This document shows, piece after piece, positions 1 through 7,717 of a stretch of DNA of 13,375 nucleotides. Position numbers and translations under genes: made by a program. Each line of letters starts with the position of its first letter. Position 1 is the first letter of the stretch. Origin of the DNA: Conexivisphaerales archaeon (GTDB lineage Archaea; Thermoproteota; Nitrososphaeria; Conexivisphaerales; DTJL01); the NCBI GenBank assembly GCA_049509455.1, contig JBEKZX010000057.1, positions 1 through 13,375 on the forward strand. The letters run 5' to 3'. The notes below the pieces were generated by a model. It made no database searches. It worked only from the letters and a program-made list of their open reading frames with translations, and had not been told where the DNA came from.

Positions 1-368
1 TCTGGGCAGCCTACACGAAGACCGGCTCGCAGGCTGAGAGGCCCCCGCAGAACAAGGATTGGTGGTACGTCAGGGCCGCCTCCATCATGCGCAAGCTTTA
101 CCTTCATGGCCCCATAGGCTTGAGCGACCTCAGGGTCGAGTACGGAGGCCTCACAGCCGTGGGTTACACCTTGGCTCATCACAGGGACGCGGGAAGCTCC
201 AACATCCGGAAGATCATAGCCCAGCTGCAGGCTGCCGGCCTGCTCCACAAGACCACCAAGGGCCGCGTCGTCACAGCCGAAGGGAGAAGGCTCCTGGACA
301 AGCTAAGCACCGAAATCTTCAAGGACATGACCAAGGAAAACAAGGAACTTGGGAAGATAGTTTCTTAA
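1..368 (+). CDS. rps19e: 30S ribosomal protein S19e, 5' truncated by the window edge
   Basis: The frame is open from position 3 and reads WAAYTKTGSQAERPPQNKDWWYVRAASIMRKLYLHGPIG...GRVVT, the S19e KTG..ERPP..WWY.RAAS signature. The track ORF 87..368 is its C-terminal part. Confidence 0.97.
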   Translation, partial: WAAYTKTGSQAERPPQNKDWWYVRAASIMRKLYLHGPIGLSDLRVEYGGLTAVGYTLAHHRDAGSSNIRKIIAQLQAAGLLHKTTKGRVVTAEGRRLLDKLSTEIFKDMTKENKELGKIVS

Positions 369-404
369 ACAAGTTCCTCAGACGAAGCGATGGTGGTTGG
401 ACGC

Positions 405-689
405 ATGGGCAGCCTACAACGCGATAATTCCGCCAAGGACGAAGACGCGGAGCTGAATAAAGCCAAGCTCAAGGAGCAATACCTTCGCATATTCTTCACC
501 CCCGAGGCCAGGCTCAGGCTCAGCAACGTGAAGCTGGTAAAGCCCGATCTGGCAAATGCGATAGAGGAGCAAGTCATCCGGATGGGGACCGCTGGCAAGA
601 TCACCCACGCCGTCACCGACGAGGAGGTGAAGGGGATGCTGAGCAGGGTCGACGAGCCTAGAAGAGAGTTTAAAATCAGGTATATTTAG
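405..689 (+). CDS. PDCD5/TFAR19-like dsDNA-binding protein
   Basis: LRIFFTPEARLRLSNVKLVKPDLA...TDEEVKGML...REFKI matches the family pattern, and it sits in the usual place between rps19e and rpl39e. ATG 405 has GGTGG upstream; ATG 390 is an alternative start. Confidence 0.9.
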   Translation: MGSLQRDNSAKDEDAELNKAKLKEQYLRIFFTPEARLRLSNVKLVKPDLANAIEEQVIRMGTAGKITHAVTDEEVKGMLSRVDEPRREFKIRYI

Positions 690-706
690 AGGAATGAGGA
701 CGAAGG

Positions 707-862
707 ATGAGCAGCCATAAGACCTCGGGCGAGAAAAAGCGCCTTATGAAGTACCTCAAACAGAACTCTGCCCCCCCTACGTGGGTCGTCGTAAAGACCA
801 ACAGAAAGGTTTCTCGCAACCCCAAGCAGAGGAACTGGCGGTCCCGCAAGCTGAAGATCTAG
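707..862 (+). CDS. rpl39e: 50S ribosomal protein L39e (51 aa, not in the ORF track)
   Basis: Hand translation [51 protein letters not shown] has the KQN..P.WV..KT and R.WR..KL signature and lies directly before rpl31e. Confidence 0.96.
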   Translation: MSSHKTSGEKKRLMKYLKQNSAPPTWVVVKTNRKVSRNPKQRNWRSRKLKI

Positions 863-874
863 AGGGATTGAGCC

Positions 875-1315
875 ATGTCTGAATCTGAAGAAACTGTTGA
901 GAGGCTGATGACGGTTTCACTGTCCCGGGCCCGGCCGGCTCCTAGGTACAGGCGCACTGACAGGATAGTCAATGTCCTGAAGGAGAACGTCGCCCACCAC
1001 ATGAAGGTCGAGGTCGGCGAAGTGAAGATCTCCCAGAAGCTCAACGAAGAGCTCTGGTCCGTCGGCAAGAGGTCGAGGCGGCCGAGGATCTCCGTCAAGC
1101 TCACCATGGACACCGAGGGCGTAGTCACCGTGAAGCTCCCCAACGAGAAGGGGGAGGAAGAGGAGAAGAAGGAAAAGGAAAAGAAGGAAAAGGAAACGAA
1201 GAAGGAGAAGGAGGAGCCTAAGGTCGAAGCGGAAGAGCCCGCCGCGCTTGAACAGAAGCCGGAGGAGAAGGCCGCACCAGAAGCGGAAAAACCCGCTGAA
1301 ACGAAGAAGAAGTAG
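875..1315 (+). CDS. rpl31e: 50S ribosomal protein L31e with long K/E-rich C-terminal tail
   Basis: ERLMTVSL...R..R....LKE.VAHHMK...VKISQKLNEELWS.G...PRISV pattern; synteny after rpl39e. Confidence 0.93.
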   Translation: MSESEETVERLMTVSLSRARPAPRYRRTDRIVNVLKENVAHHMKVEVGEVKISQKLNEELWSVGKRSRRPRISVKLTMDTEGVVTVKLPNEKGEEEEKKEKEKKEKETKKEKEEPKVEAEEPAALEQKPEEKAAPEAEKPAETKKK

Positions 1316-1420
1316 GCGCACCGTTCGAACGTTTTAGTTCAGCCAATGTCCAGCGCCAGCCCGGGTTCTCGCCCGCGATCGGACCGCGGAGGCGCAGGAT
1401 CGGCGCCATTGAAGCCAACG

Positions 1421-1428
1421 TTAAAATA
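1421..1428 (+). promoter_or_regulatory. TATA-like box upstream of eIF6
   Basis: TTAAAATA in an otherwise GC-rich spacer, 65 nt before the TTG at 1494. Confidence 0.55.
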
Positions 1429-1493
1429 ACTCTCGTCGGCAGCTCTGGCTATTGAAGAGGAAGCACGCCTCTCACACAGGAGCTCTATAGAGT

Positions 1494-2159
1494 TTGGCCA
1501 TCCACCTTTCAGACATCTACAGGAACCCCAACGTCGGCATCTTCTCTAAGGCAAACGAGAAATTCCTCTTGATGCCCGTCGCCTACTCCGAGCCCAAGGC
1601 AGAGAAGCTAGCATCACTGCTCGGGGTGAAGCTAATCCACGCCAGTGTGGGCGGGACGCGCCTCCTGGGGCCCCTCCTCGCTGCCAACAGCAACGGCATC
1701 CTCCTGTCGAGGTTCGCCGAAGACGACGAGGTAGGCATGTTGAAGAGGGAAACGGGCCTGAACGTCGAACGCCTCGATTCGCCATTTTCCTCCGTCGGCA
1801 ACCTCGTGGCCGTCAACGACTTCGGGGCGGCCGTCGGCGACTTGTTCTCTGGCGACACAATCAAGCAGATTCGGGAGGTCTTCGGCGTTCCCGTTTCCAC
1901 CGGCAGGGTGGCCGGGTTCTACCAGGTGGGCGCCGTCGTGACCGCGTCCAACTCCGGCGCTCTGGCACACCCGAGGGCTTCAGAAGGGGACCTGAAGTGG
2001 TTGAATGAGGCCCTCAAGGTGAGTTGCGAGGTCAGCTCCATCAACGGCGGCGTGCCGTTCGTTACTTCGGGTATATTGGTCAACAGCAGGGCGGCCATCG
2101 TGGGAAAGTCCACGACCGGCCCTGAGCTTTTCATACTGGGAAAAGCCTTTAAACTATAG
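1494..2159 (+). CDS. eif6: Translation initiation factor 6 (aIF6)
   Basis: IYRNPNVGIF, LLAANSNGILL, GNLVAVNDFGA, SINGGVPFVTSGILVNS and VGKSTTGPEL are eIF6 repeat motifs. TTG start. Confidence 0.97.
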   Translation: MAIHLSDIYRNPNVGIFSKANEKFLLMPVAYSEPKAEKLASLLGVKLIHASVGGTRLLGPLLAANSNGILLSRFAEDDEVGMLKRETGLNVERLDSPFSSVGNLVAVNDFGAAVGDLFSGDTIKQIREVFGVPVSTGRVAGFYQVGAVVTASNSGALAHPRASEGDLKWLNEALKVSCEVSSINGGVPFVTSGILVNSRAAIVGKSTTGPELFILGKAFKL

Positions 2160-2195
2160 AACCGAAGCCCCTTCAGGAATCCCGGTGCTTTCTAG

Positions 2196-2645
2196 TTGAG
2201 TAACGATGACAACGCGCAGGCCCTGGCCGTGCAGCTACGTCTCCTCGAAGACTACTATCAGGACCTCTCTAGCAGAGAGTCCATACTGGTCCGGCTTTAC
2301 CGCGAGGACAGGGCATCTCTCTCCTCCTTGACCGCCCTTAAGGACATCAAGGCGGCCGACCTGCTGGTCCCCATAGGTGGGGGCGCCCACCTCCCCGCGT
2401 CATTCACTGGAGGAGGGAAGATCGTCGTCGAAGTGGGTTCGGGCATCGCCTTGGAGAAGACCCCCGAAGACGCCATCGCCTTCTTGACGGGCAGGATCAA
2501 GGAGGTCGAAGACACCTTGGGGAAGGTCGCCTCCCAGAAGAGAGAGGTGACCGATAGGATGCAGGCGTACCAGCAGCAGCTGGAACTTACCAGCGCGGGG
2601 CCGCAAAAGGATGATGGCTCCGAGCCCAAGTCTGGCGACGGCTGA
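2196..2645 (+). CDS. pfdA: Prefoldin subunit alpha
   Basis: Coiled coil, then LLVPIGGG...KIVVEVGSGIALEKTPEDAIAFL (beta hairpins), then coiled coil; synteny before ftsY. TTG start. Confidence 0.95.
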   Translation: MSNDDNAQALAVQLRLLEDYYQDLSSRESILVRLYREDRASLSSLTALKDIKAADLLVPIGGGAHLPASFTGGGKIVVEVGSGIALEKTPEDAIAFLTGRIKEVEDTLGKVASQKREVTDRMQAYQQQLELTSAGPQKDDGSEPKSGDG

Positions 2646-2664
2646 AGGTCGAAGGTCCTATCTC

Positions 2665-3570
2665 TTGTTCGAAAAGCTCCGAAAGGCGATAGCGGGTTTC
2701 AAGGAGAGCGTCACCACCAAGACCCTTTCGGAGGAGGACCTGTCTTCCATCTTCGACGACTTCGAAGTCGCCCTTCTGGAAAGCGAAGTCGCCCTCGAAG
2801 CGGTCGAGTTCATCGAAGCTTCCATCAAGAAGGAGCTGGTAGGGAAGAAGGTCGAGAGGGGAGGAGATCTCCGGAAGCTGGTGGATTCCACCCTCAAGAC
2901 GTCGCTGCTCCAGCTGTTCTCCGCCGAGAAGGCCATCGACCTTGAGGAGAGGATCAAGGCGAGGGGGGCCATGAAGGAGCCCTACGTCATAGTCTTCCTA
3001 GGAATAAACGGTACGGGCAAGACGACTTCTATCGCCAAGCTCGCCCACAGGCTCTCCGAAAAGGGCTACAAGGTTCTCTTGGCTGCCGCTGACACCTACC
3101 GGGCCGGGGCCATCGAGCAGCTCGAGACCCACGCAGGCCGCCTTGGGCTGAAATCCATCCACCAGAGGTACGGCGCTGATCCCGCCGCCGTGGCGCGGGA
3201 CTCCATCCTCTACGCCCGGCAGCACGGCTATGACGTTGTTTTGGTGGACACCGCCGGCCGAATGCAGACTTCCAAGAACCTAATGGACGAGCTGAACAAG
3301 GTGGTCAAAGTGGTGCAGCCCGACCTCAGGGTCTTCGTTGGAGACGCCCTCGCTGGGAATGACCTGATAAACCAGGCCCGCGAATTCCAGGAGAGGATCG
3401 GCTTCGACGCATCCATCCTCGCCAAGGCTGACGCCGACGTAAAGGGCGGAGCAGCCGTCAGCCTTGCCTATGTCACCAAGACACCCATTCTCTACCTGGG
3501 CGTGGGGCAGTCGTACGATGACCTGCTAACCTTCGACTCCGCCTGGCTCGTAGGGAAGATCCTGAGCTAG
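2665..3570 (+). CDS. ftsY: Signal recognition particle receptor FtsY
   Basis: GINGTGKTT, DTYRAGAIEQL, DTAGR, K.D..KGG and GVGQSYDDL motifs. The start is placed at in-frame TTG 2665 (MFEKLRK...), which removes the overlap with pfdA made by the track start at 2611. Confidence 0.97.
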   Translation: MFEKLRKAIAGFKESVTTKTLSEEDLSSIFDDFEVALLESEVALEAVEFIEASIKKELVGKKVERGGDLRKLVDSTLKTSLLQLFSAEKAIDLEERIKARGAMKEPYVIVFLGINGTGKTTSIAKLAHRLSEKGYKVLLAAADTYRAGAIEQLETHAGRLGLKSIHQRYGADPAAVARDSILYARQHGYDVVLVDTAGRMQTSKNLMDELNKVVKVVQPDLRVFVGDALAGNDLINQAREFQERIGFDASILAKADADVKGGAAVSLAYVTKTPILYLGVGQSYDDLLTFDSAWLVGKILS

Positions 3571-3606
3571 CTGAAGGCGTCGTTCAGGGTATCATGTCCG
3601 GAAGCC

Positions 3607-4512
3607 CTACCGGGAGTAAAGCATCTTCAACAGCGCGTTCTGCGTGTGCATCCTGTTCTCCGCCTGGTCGAAGACGATGGAGCTCCTCCCGTCGATAACG
3701 TCGGCCGCCACCTCCTGTCCCCGGTGAGCTGGGAGGCAGTGCATGAACAGGGCGCCTTTCCTGGCTTTACCCATCAATTCGCTCGTCACCTGGTACTTCG
3801 GGACGAAGGTCTTCAGCCTCTCCGCCTTCTCGGCCTCGTTACCCATGCTCACGAAAACGTCCGTGTAAACGAACGAGGCGTTGTTTACAGCCTTGGTGGG
3901 GTCGTCGTATATCTGGATCTTTTCGCCGGCCAGCTTCTTCGCCCTAGCCAGGATTTCCGCGTTGGGCCTGTACCCCAGGGGCGTCGCGGCGGCGAACTCC
4001 ACACCTAGGATGGCACAGCAAAGCATCAACGAGTTGCAGACGTTGTTGCCGTCACCGATGAAGGCCACCTTCTGTCTCTTCAGGGTACCGGCCTTCTCCA
4101 GCACAGTGAAGATGTCGGCCAGCGCCTGGCACGGATGTTCGAGGTCCGACAGGGCGTTGATAACTGGTATGTCGGAGTTCCTGGCGAGGCCCACCAGCAT
4201 TTCATGCTTGTACACGCGGGCCACAATCCCGTCCACGAAGCGTTCCATAACTCTGGCGGTGTCCTCTACAGTTTCTCCACGCGCCAACTGCGAGGTCGAA
4301 GCGTCGACGTAGATGGCTTTCCCTGCAAGATGGCCTATGCCAGCCTCGAAGCTGAGGCGGGTTCTCGTGGAGGCCTTCTCAAAGAGCAACACGATCGTCT
4401 TGTTCTTGAGGGCCGTACTGTATGGCTTCCGCTTCAGCTCCTTCGTGACCTGAAACAGATGCTCGATTTCCTTCTTGTTGAGGTCGCCGACCGACAGAAA
4501 GTCCTTTTTCAT
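3607..4512 (-). CDS. argF: Ornithine carbamoyltransferase
   Basis: STRTRLSFE (carbamoyl phosphate binding), HPCQALAD, GDGNNV, D.FVSMG (ornithine-binding SMG loop), FMHCLP and QAENR. Confidence 0.97.
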   Translation of the reverse strand: MKKDFLSVGDLNKKEIEHLFQVTKELKRKPYSTALKNKTIVLLFEKASTRTRLSFEAGIGHLAGKAIYVDASTSQLARGETVEDTARVMERFVDGIVARVYKHEMLVGLARNSDIPVINALSDLEHPCQALADIFTVLEKAGTLKRQKVAFIGDGNNVCNSLMLCCAILGVEFAAATPLGYRPNAEILARAKKLAGEKIQIYDDPTKAVNNASFVYTDVFVSMGNEAEKAERLKTFVPKYQVTSELMGKARKGALFMHCLPAHRGQEVAADVIDGRSSIVFDQAENRMHTQNALLKMLYSR

Positions 4513-4543
4513 TTTCTGTTACATCCATCTCACATCTTCATGC

Positions 4544-4549
4544 TTTAAA
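4544..4549 (-). promoter_or_regulatory. TATA box of argF
   Basis: The minus strand reads GGTAAGA-TTTAAA (purine-rich BRE-like segment plus TATA) about 31 nt upstream of the argF ATG. Confidence 0.65.
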
Positions 4550-4830
4550 TCTTACCCGAGGGAGCCGTCGTCTCATTGGGGACTCCAAGGAGGCTGAGAC
4601 AACCCCATCGGTGCGGCGCTTCGTACATCCCTGCGACGCCCCGCTGATGCGTTGGAACACGCCTCGGCCGGCTCAAGATATATGAGGAGGAGAAGGCGGA
4701 CGATCTTTCCGAGCTGGAGCTCCTCGGCCTCCATTGGATCGACCGCGACCGATGCGAGTCGAGATTCAACAAGCCATCGCGGAGGCTGGTGGGAACGCCC
4801 TCCCATAGGGTCTGGCATGACGACATAACG

Positions 4831-4838
4831 CTTAAAAT
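4831..4838 (+). promoter_or_regulatory. TATA box for secE-spt5, probably leaderless
   Basis: CTTAAAAT ends 26 nt before ATG 4865. Confidence 0.65.
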
Positions 4839-4864
4839 GTCGAGAAAGGTCCGTCATTCCGGCG

Positions 4865-5086
4865 ATGAACATCCGCAACTCCGTCAGGGAGCTCGTGAAC
4901 ATCCTGAAGTACAGTAAGAAGAGCGACAGCACAGAGTACATGCTTTACCTGAAGCTCGTGTTGTTGGGAGTCGCGGTCGTCGGCGGCGTAGGCTTCGTGA
5001 TACACATTATCGGCGTCTTGATCAGCAACTTCCTAGCGCCCAAGTCGTCGAGCGTCATCTTGGCCCTCCTCGGACTGGTGTCTTAG
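4865..5086 (+). CDS. secE: Protein translocase subunit SecE / Sec61 gamma
   Basis: Amphipathic helix, ILKYSKKSDSTEY hinge, then transmembrane KLVLLGVAVVGGVGFVIHII; directly before spt5. Confidence 0.92.
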   Translation: MNIRNSVRELVNILKYSKKSDSTEYMLYLKLVLLGVAVVGGVGFVIHIIGVLISNFLAPKSSSVILALLGLVS

Positions 5087-5088
5087 AG

Positions 5089-5559
5089 ATGGCCACGGAG
5101 ATCAAATCGTCGCCTTCTCATATCTTCGTGGTCAAGGTCACCGGAGGGCAAGAGAGGAACGTAGTGAACCTCGTGGCCAACAGGGTCGAGGCAAGGAAGA
5201 CTCCGGTCCTCTCGCTCATATACAGCGAGAAGATGAAGGGCTATCTCCTCATCGAGGCCGGCTCGGCCCAGGCCGTCAGCGACTCCGTCTCGGGGGTCAA
5301 GCATGTGAGGAGCTACGTCCCGGGCGTCATGACGATTGCCGACATAGCCAGCCTCATCGCCGTAAAGCCCATCGTCCAGGAGCTCAAGGTGGACCAGATA
5401 GTCGAAGTGACCGGAGGCCCATTCAAGGGCATGAGGGCCAAGGTCGTGAGGTACGACACGGCCAAGAAGGAGGCCACCGTCACCCTCATAGATGCCCCCT
5501 ACCAGCTGCAGGTCACCATAGACGCCGGCTACCTGAAGCTCGTCTCAGCGGCCAGGTAG
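5089..5559 (+). CDS. spt5: Transcription elongation factor Spt5 (NusG family)
   Basis: NGN domain (FVVKVTGGQE...KGYLLIEA) plus KOW motif (VEVTGGPFKGMRAKV). Confidence 0.97.
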   Translation: MATEIKSSPSHIFVVKVTGGQERNVVNLVANRVEARKTPVLSLIYSEKMKGYLLIEAGSAQAVSDSVSGVKHVRSYVPGVMTIADIASLIAVKPIVQELKVDQIVEVTGGPFKGMRAKVVRYDTAKKEATVTLIDAPYQLQVTIDAGYLKLVSAAR

Positions 5560-5579
5560 GCATCTCCATCGAGGATAAC

Positions 5580-5586
5580 TTTTAAG
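5580..5586 (+). promoter_or_regulatory. TATA-like box upstream of rpl11-rpl1-rpl10
   Basis: TTTTAAG preceded by GAGGATAAC in the 77-nt spt5-rpl11 spacer. Confidence 0.6.
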
Positions 5587-5636
5587 TGCCAGTGTAAAGG
5601 GAGTCTGTGCGCTTACGGTAAGAAGGGATTGGACCT

Positions 5637-6131
5637 TTGGGCGAAAACAAGTTAATTAGCCTCTTGGTTACCGGCGGTGAAGCTAACGCTGGGCCGCCGC
5701 TGGGACCGGCATTGGGCCCCCTTGGGGTCAACGTGGTAGCGGTCGTCAAGAGAATCAACGAGCTGACAAGCGAGTATTCGGGGATGCGCGTCCCCGTGAA
5801 GGTCTCGGTCGACACGGAGAACAAGAGCTTCGAGGTCGAAGTGGGCCTCCCCACCACCTCCGCTCTCATCGCGAAGGAGGCGAAGATAACCAAGGGGTCG
5901 GGGACACCTCAGGCTACGTTCGCAGGCAACCTCAGCGCCGACCAGCTCCTGAAGCTGGCCAAGATCAAGTTCGGCAGGACCTACGCGGCTACGTACAAGT
6001 CGGCCGCCAGGGAGATTCTAGGCGCCTGCGTCAGCATGGGCATCACCGTCGAGGGCAAGGATCCCCGCCTCTTCCTGAAGGAAGTGGAAGAAGGGAAGTG
6101 GGACGAGTCCCTATCAGGTCAGGGTAGCTAG
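5637..6131 (+). CDS. rpl11: 50S ribosomal protein L11
   Basis: GGEANAGPPLGPALGPLGVN, VPVKV, PTTSALI and GACVSMGITVEG. TTG start. Confidence 0.98.
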   Translation: MGENKLISLLVTGGEANAGPPLGPALGPLGVNVVAVVKRINELTSEYSGMRVPVKVSVDTENKSFEVEVGLPTTSALIAKEAKITKGSGTPQATFAGNLSADQLLKLAKIKFGRTYAATYKSAAREILGACVSMGITVEGKDPRLFLKEVEEGKWDESLSGQGS

Positions 6132-6133
6132 AG

Positions 6134-6784
6134 TTGGCAGACAAGAATTCTTTCGCTAAGATGATAGACGAAGCCAAGGCGAAGGCTAACAAGCGCAAGT
6201 TCAACCAGTCGGTGGAGCTCTACGTGATCCTCGACCCATTCAAGGTCAAGGCCGCCGACGTCAACATCAACGAAGTCGTAAACCTCCCCAACAAGACGGC
6301 CGGTAAGGCGAGGGTCTGCGTCGTCGCTTCGGGAGACCTCGCACTGAGGGCCAAGAAGGCCAACGTCGAACAGATAGTCGCCCCCGAGGAGCTGGACAGG
6401 CTGGGCACTAACAAGAAGGACGCGAAGAAGCTGGCCCGGGACAACGAATTCTTCCTCGCCGACACCTCCCTCATGCCCAGGGTCGGCAAGTCTTTGGGCC
6501 CCTATTTGGGTCCCAGGGGGAAGATGCCCCTCCCCATCACGGTCAACTCCCCGCTGGAGGCCATGATTGAAAGGCTGAGGAGCAGCGTCCGCGTCAGGAC
6601 GAGAGCTCACAGCGCCGTCTCATGCAAGATCGGGACGGAGGACATGGAGAGCGACAAGCTCGCCGCCAACGCCCTGGCGGTCATGGAGAGCCTCGAGAAG
6701 AAGCTCCCCGGCGGCGTCAAGAGCGTGAAGAAGTACGGTGTGAAGCTCGCCATGGGTAGCATCACAAAGGCTTCGGGAGCCTGA
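6134..6784 (+). CDS. rpl1: 50S ribosomal protein L1
   Basis: RKFNQSVEL, FFLAD..LMPRVGKSLG..LGPRGKMP.P and KIGTEDM. TTG start. Confidence 0.98.
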   Translation: MADKNSFAKMIDEAKAKANKRKFNQSVELYVILDPFKVKAADVNINEVVNLPNKTAGKARVCVVASGDLALRAKKANVEQIVAPEELDRLGTNKKDAKKLARDNEFFLADTSLMPRVGKSLGPYLGPRGKMPLPITVNSPLEAMIERLRSSVRVRTRAHSAVSCKIGTEDMESDKLAANALAVMESLEKKLPGGVKSVKKYGVKLAMGSITKASGA

Positions 6785-6789
6785 TACAC

Positions 6790-7662
6790 TTGCCAACAGC
6801 CAAACAGTTCCCCGAAAGCAAGGTCAAACAGTTCAACAGGATAAAGGAGCTGGCTGCCAGGTACGACGTCGTGGCCCTGGCCAACCTGAACAAGGTCCGC
6901 TCCACTCAGATAATGGAGCTGAGGCGCAAGTTCAGGGGAGAGCTGGTCCTCGCCGTCGCCAAGAACCGCATCGCCACAAAGGCCCTAGACACCATCGAGA
7001 AGAAGAACCTCAAGTCGCTCAGCCCGTCGCTCACAGGGCAGAACCTCTTCCTCTTCACCAACATGAACCCCTTCAAGCTCAACCTCCTCCTCGAGAAGGG
7101 CAAGATCTACCTCCCCGCCAAGGCTAGAGACGTCGCCACCGAGGAGATAGTCATCCCCGCAGGCAACACCGGCATCCCGCCGGGCCCCGTGCTGAGCGAG
7201 TTCAAGGACTCCAAGGTCGTCACCAAGATCGAGTCCGGGAGCATCTGGATCACCAAAGATACCGTCGTGGCCCACCCAGGGGATGTAATCAACCCCAAGC
7301 TAGCCTCTCTCCTCTCCAAGCTGAACATGAAGCCCATCAAGGCGGGCATGGCGCTCAGCATGGTGTACTGGAACGGCCTTCTGATCGCAGAGAAGGACGT
7401 CAGGCTGAACATCGACGCCTTCATCAGCGACATAGGCCTCTCCGCCAGACAGGCGTTCAACGTGGCACATGAAGCGAAGTATCCGGCCAAGGAGGTGCTC
7501 ACGGTGCTGCTGGTGGAGTCGATTACCAAGGCGCTCGCGGTGGCAGCCAAGGCGAACTACGTGACCAAGGACACGGCCGCTGCCATACTGAAGAGCGCCG
7601 AGCTGGACGCCTACAAGCTCATGGAGCTGGCGAAGGAAGCTCCGAAGCAGCAGGAAGCCTGA
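6790..7662 (+). CDS. rpl10: 50S ribosomal protein L10 (aP0)
   Basis: VAKNRI..KAL, LTGQNLFLFTNMNPFKL, PAKARDVA..EIVIPAGNTGIPPGP and LSKLNMKPI. 290 aa, TTG start. Confidence 0.97.
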   Translation: MPTAKQFPESKVKQFNRIKELAARYDVVALANLNKVRSTQIMELRRKFRGELVLAVAKNRIATKALDTIEKKNLKSLSPSLTGQNLFLFTNMNPFKLNLLLEKGKIYLPAKARDVATEEIVIPAGNTGIPPGPVLSEFKDSKVVTKIESGSIWITKDTVVAHPGDVINPKLASLLSKLNMKPIKAGMALSMVYWNGLLIAEKDVRLNIDAFISDIGLSARQAFNVAHEAKYPAKEVLTVLLVESITKALAVAAKANYVTKDTAAAILKSAELDAYKLMELAKEAPKQQEA

Positions 7663-7688
7663 ACGGTCCGGGTTCATTGTTATGCTCC

Positions 7689-7717
7689 GTTCCCAAGCTG
7701 CAGCTTCGATTGGGAAC
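7689..7717. terminator. Hairpin between convergent rpl10 and the nuclease gene
   Basis: Perfect 8-bp inverted repeat GTTCCCAA (7689-7696) / TTGGGAAC (7710-7717). The terminator role is inferred from its position. Confidence 0.45.

Noticed and set aside
2611-2664. Track start of ftsY at ATG 2611
   Set aside because: It overlaps the pfdA 3' end and adds a non-homologous leader. TTG 2665 gives the typical MFEKL N-terminus.
4561-4676. tRNA-Trp-like elements (GGAGCCGTCGTCT start, GGGGA-CT-CCA-A anticodon-like arm) upstream of secE
   Set aside because: There is no room for a D-arm 3' strand, no TTCRA T-loop, no perfect acceptor partner, and no GGAG-based bulge-helix-bulge for a 37/38 intron.
4551-4830. 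SRP RNA or RNase P RNA in the argF-secE spacer
   Set aside because: The SRP helix-8 CAGG..GGAA..AGCAG motif and the RNase P GAGGAAAGUCC motif are absent on both strands. Minus-strand GAGGAGCTCCAGCTC is only a loose resemblance.
4545-4941. Track ORFs 4545..4826 and 4573..4941 (minus)
   Set aside because: No family resemblance, they overlap secE or the promoters, and the composition is shadow-like.
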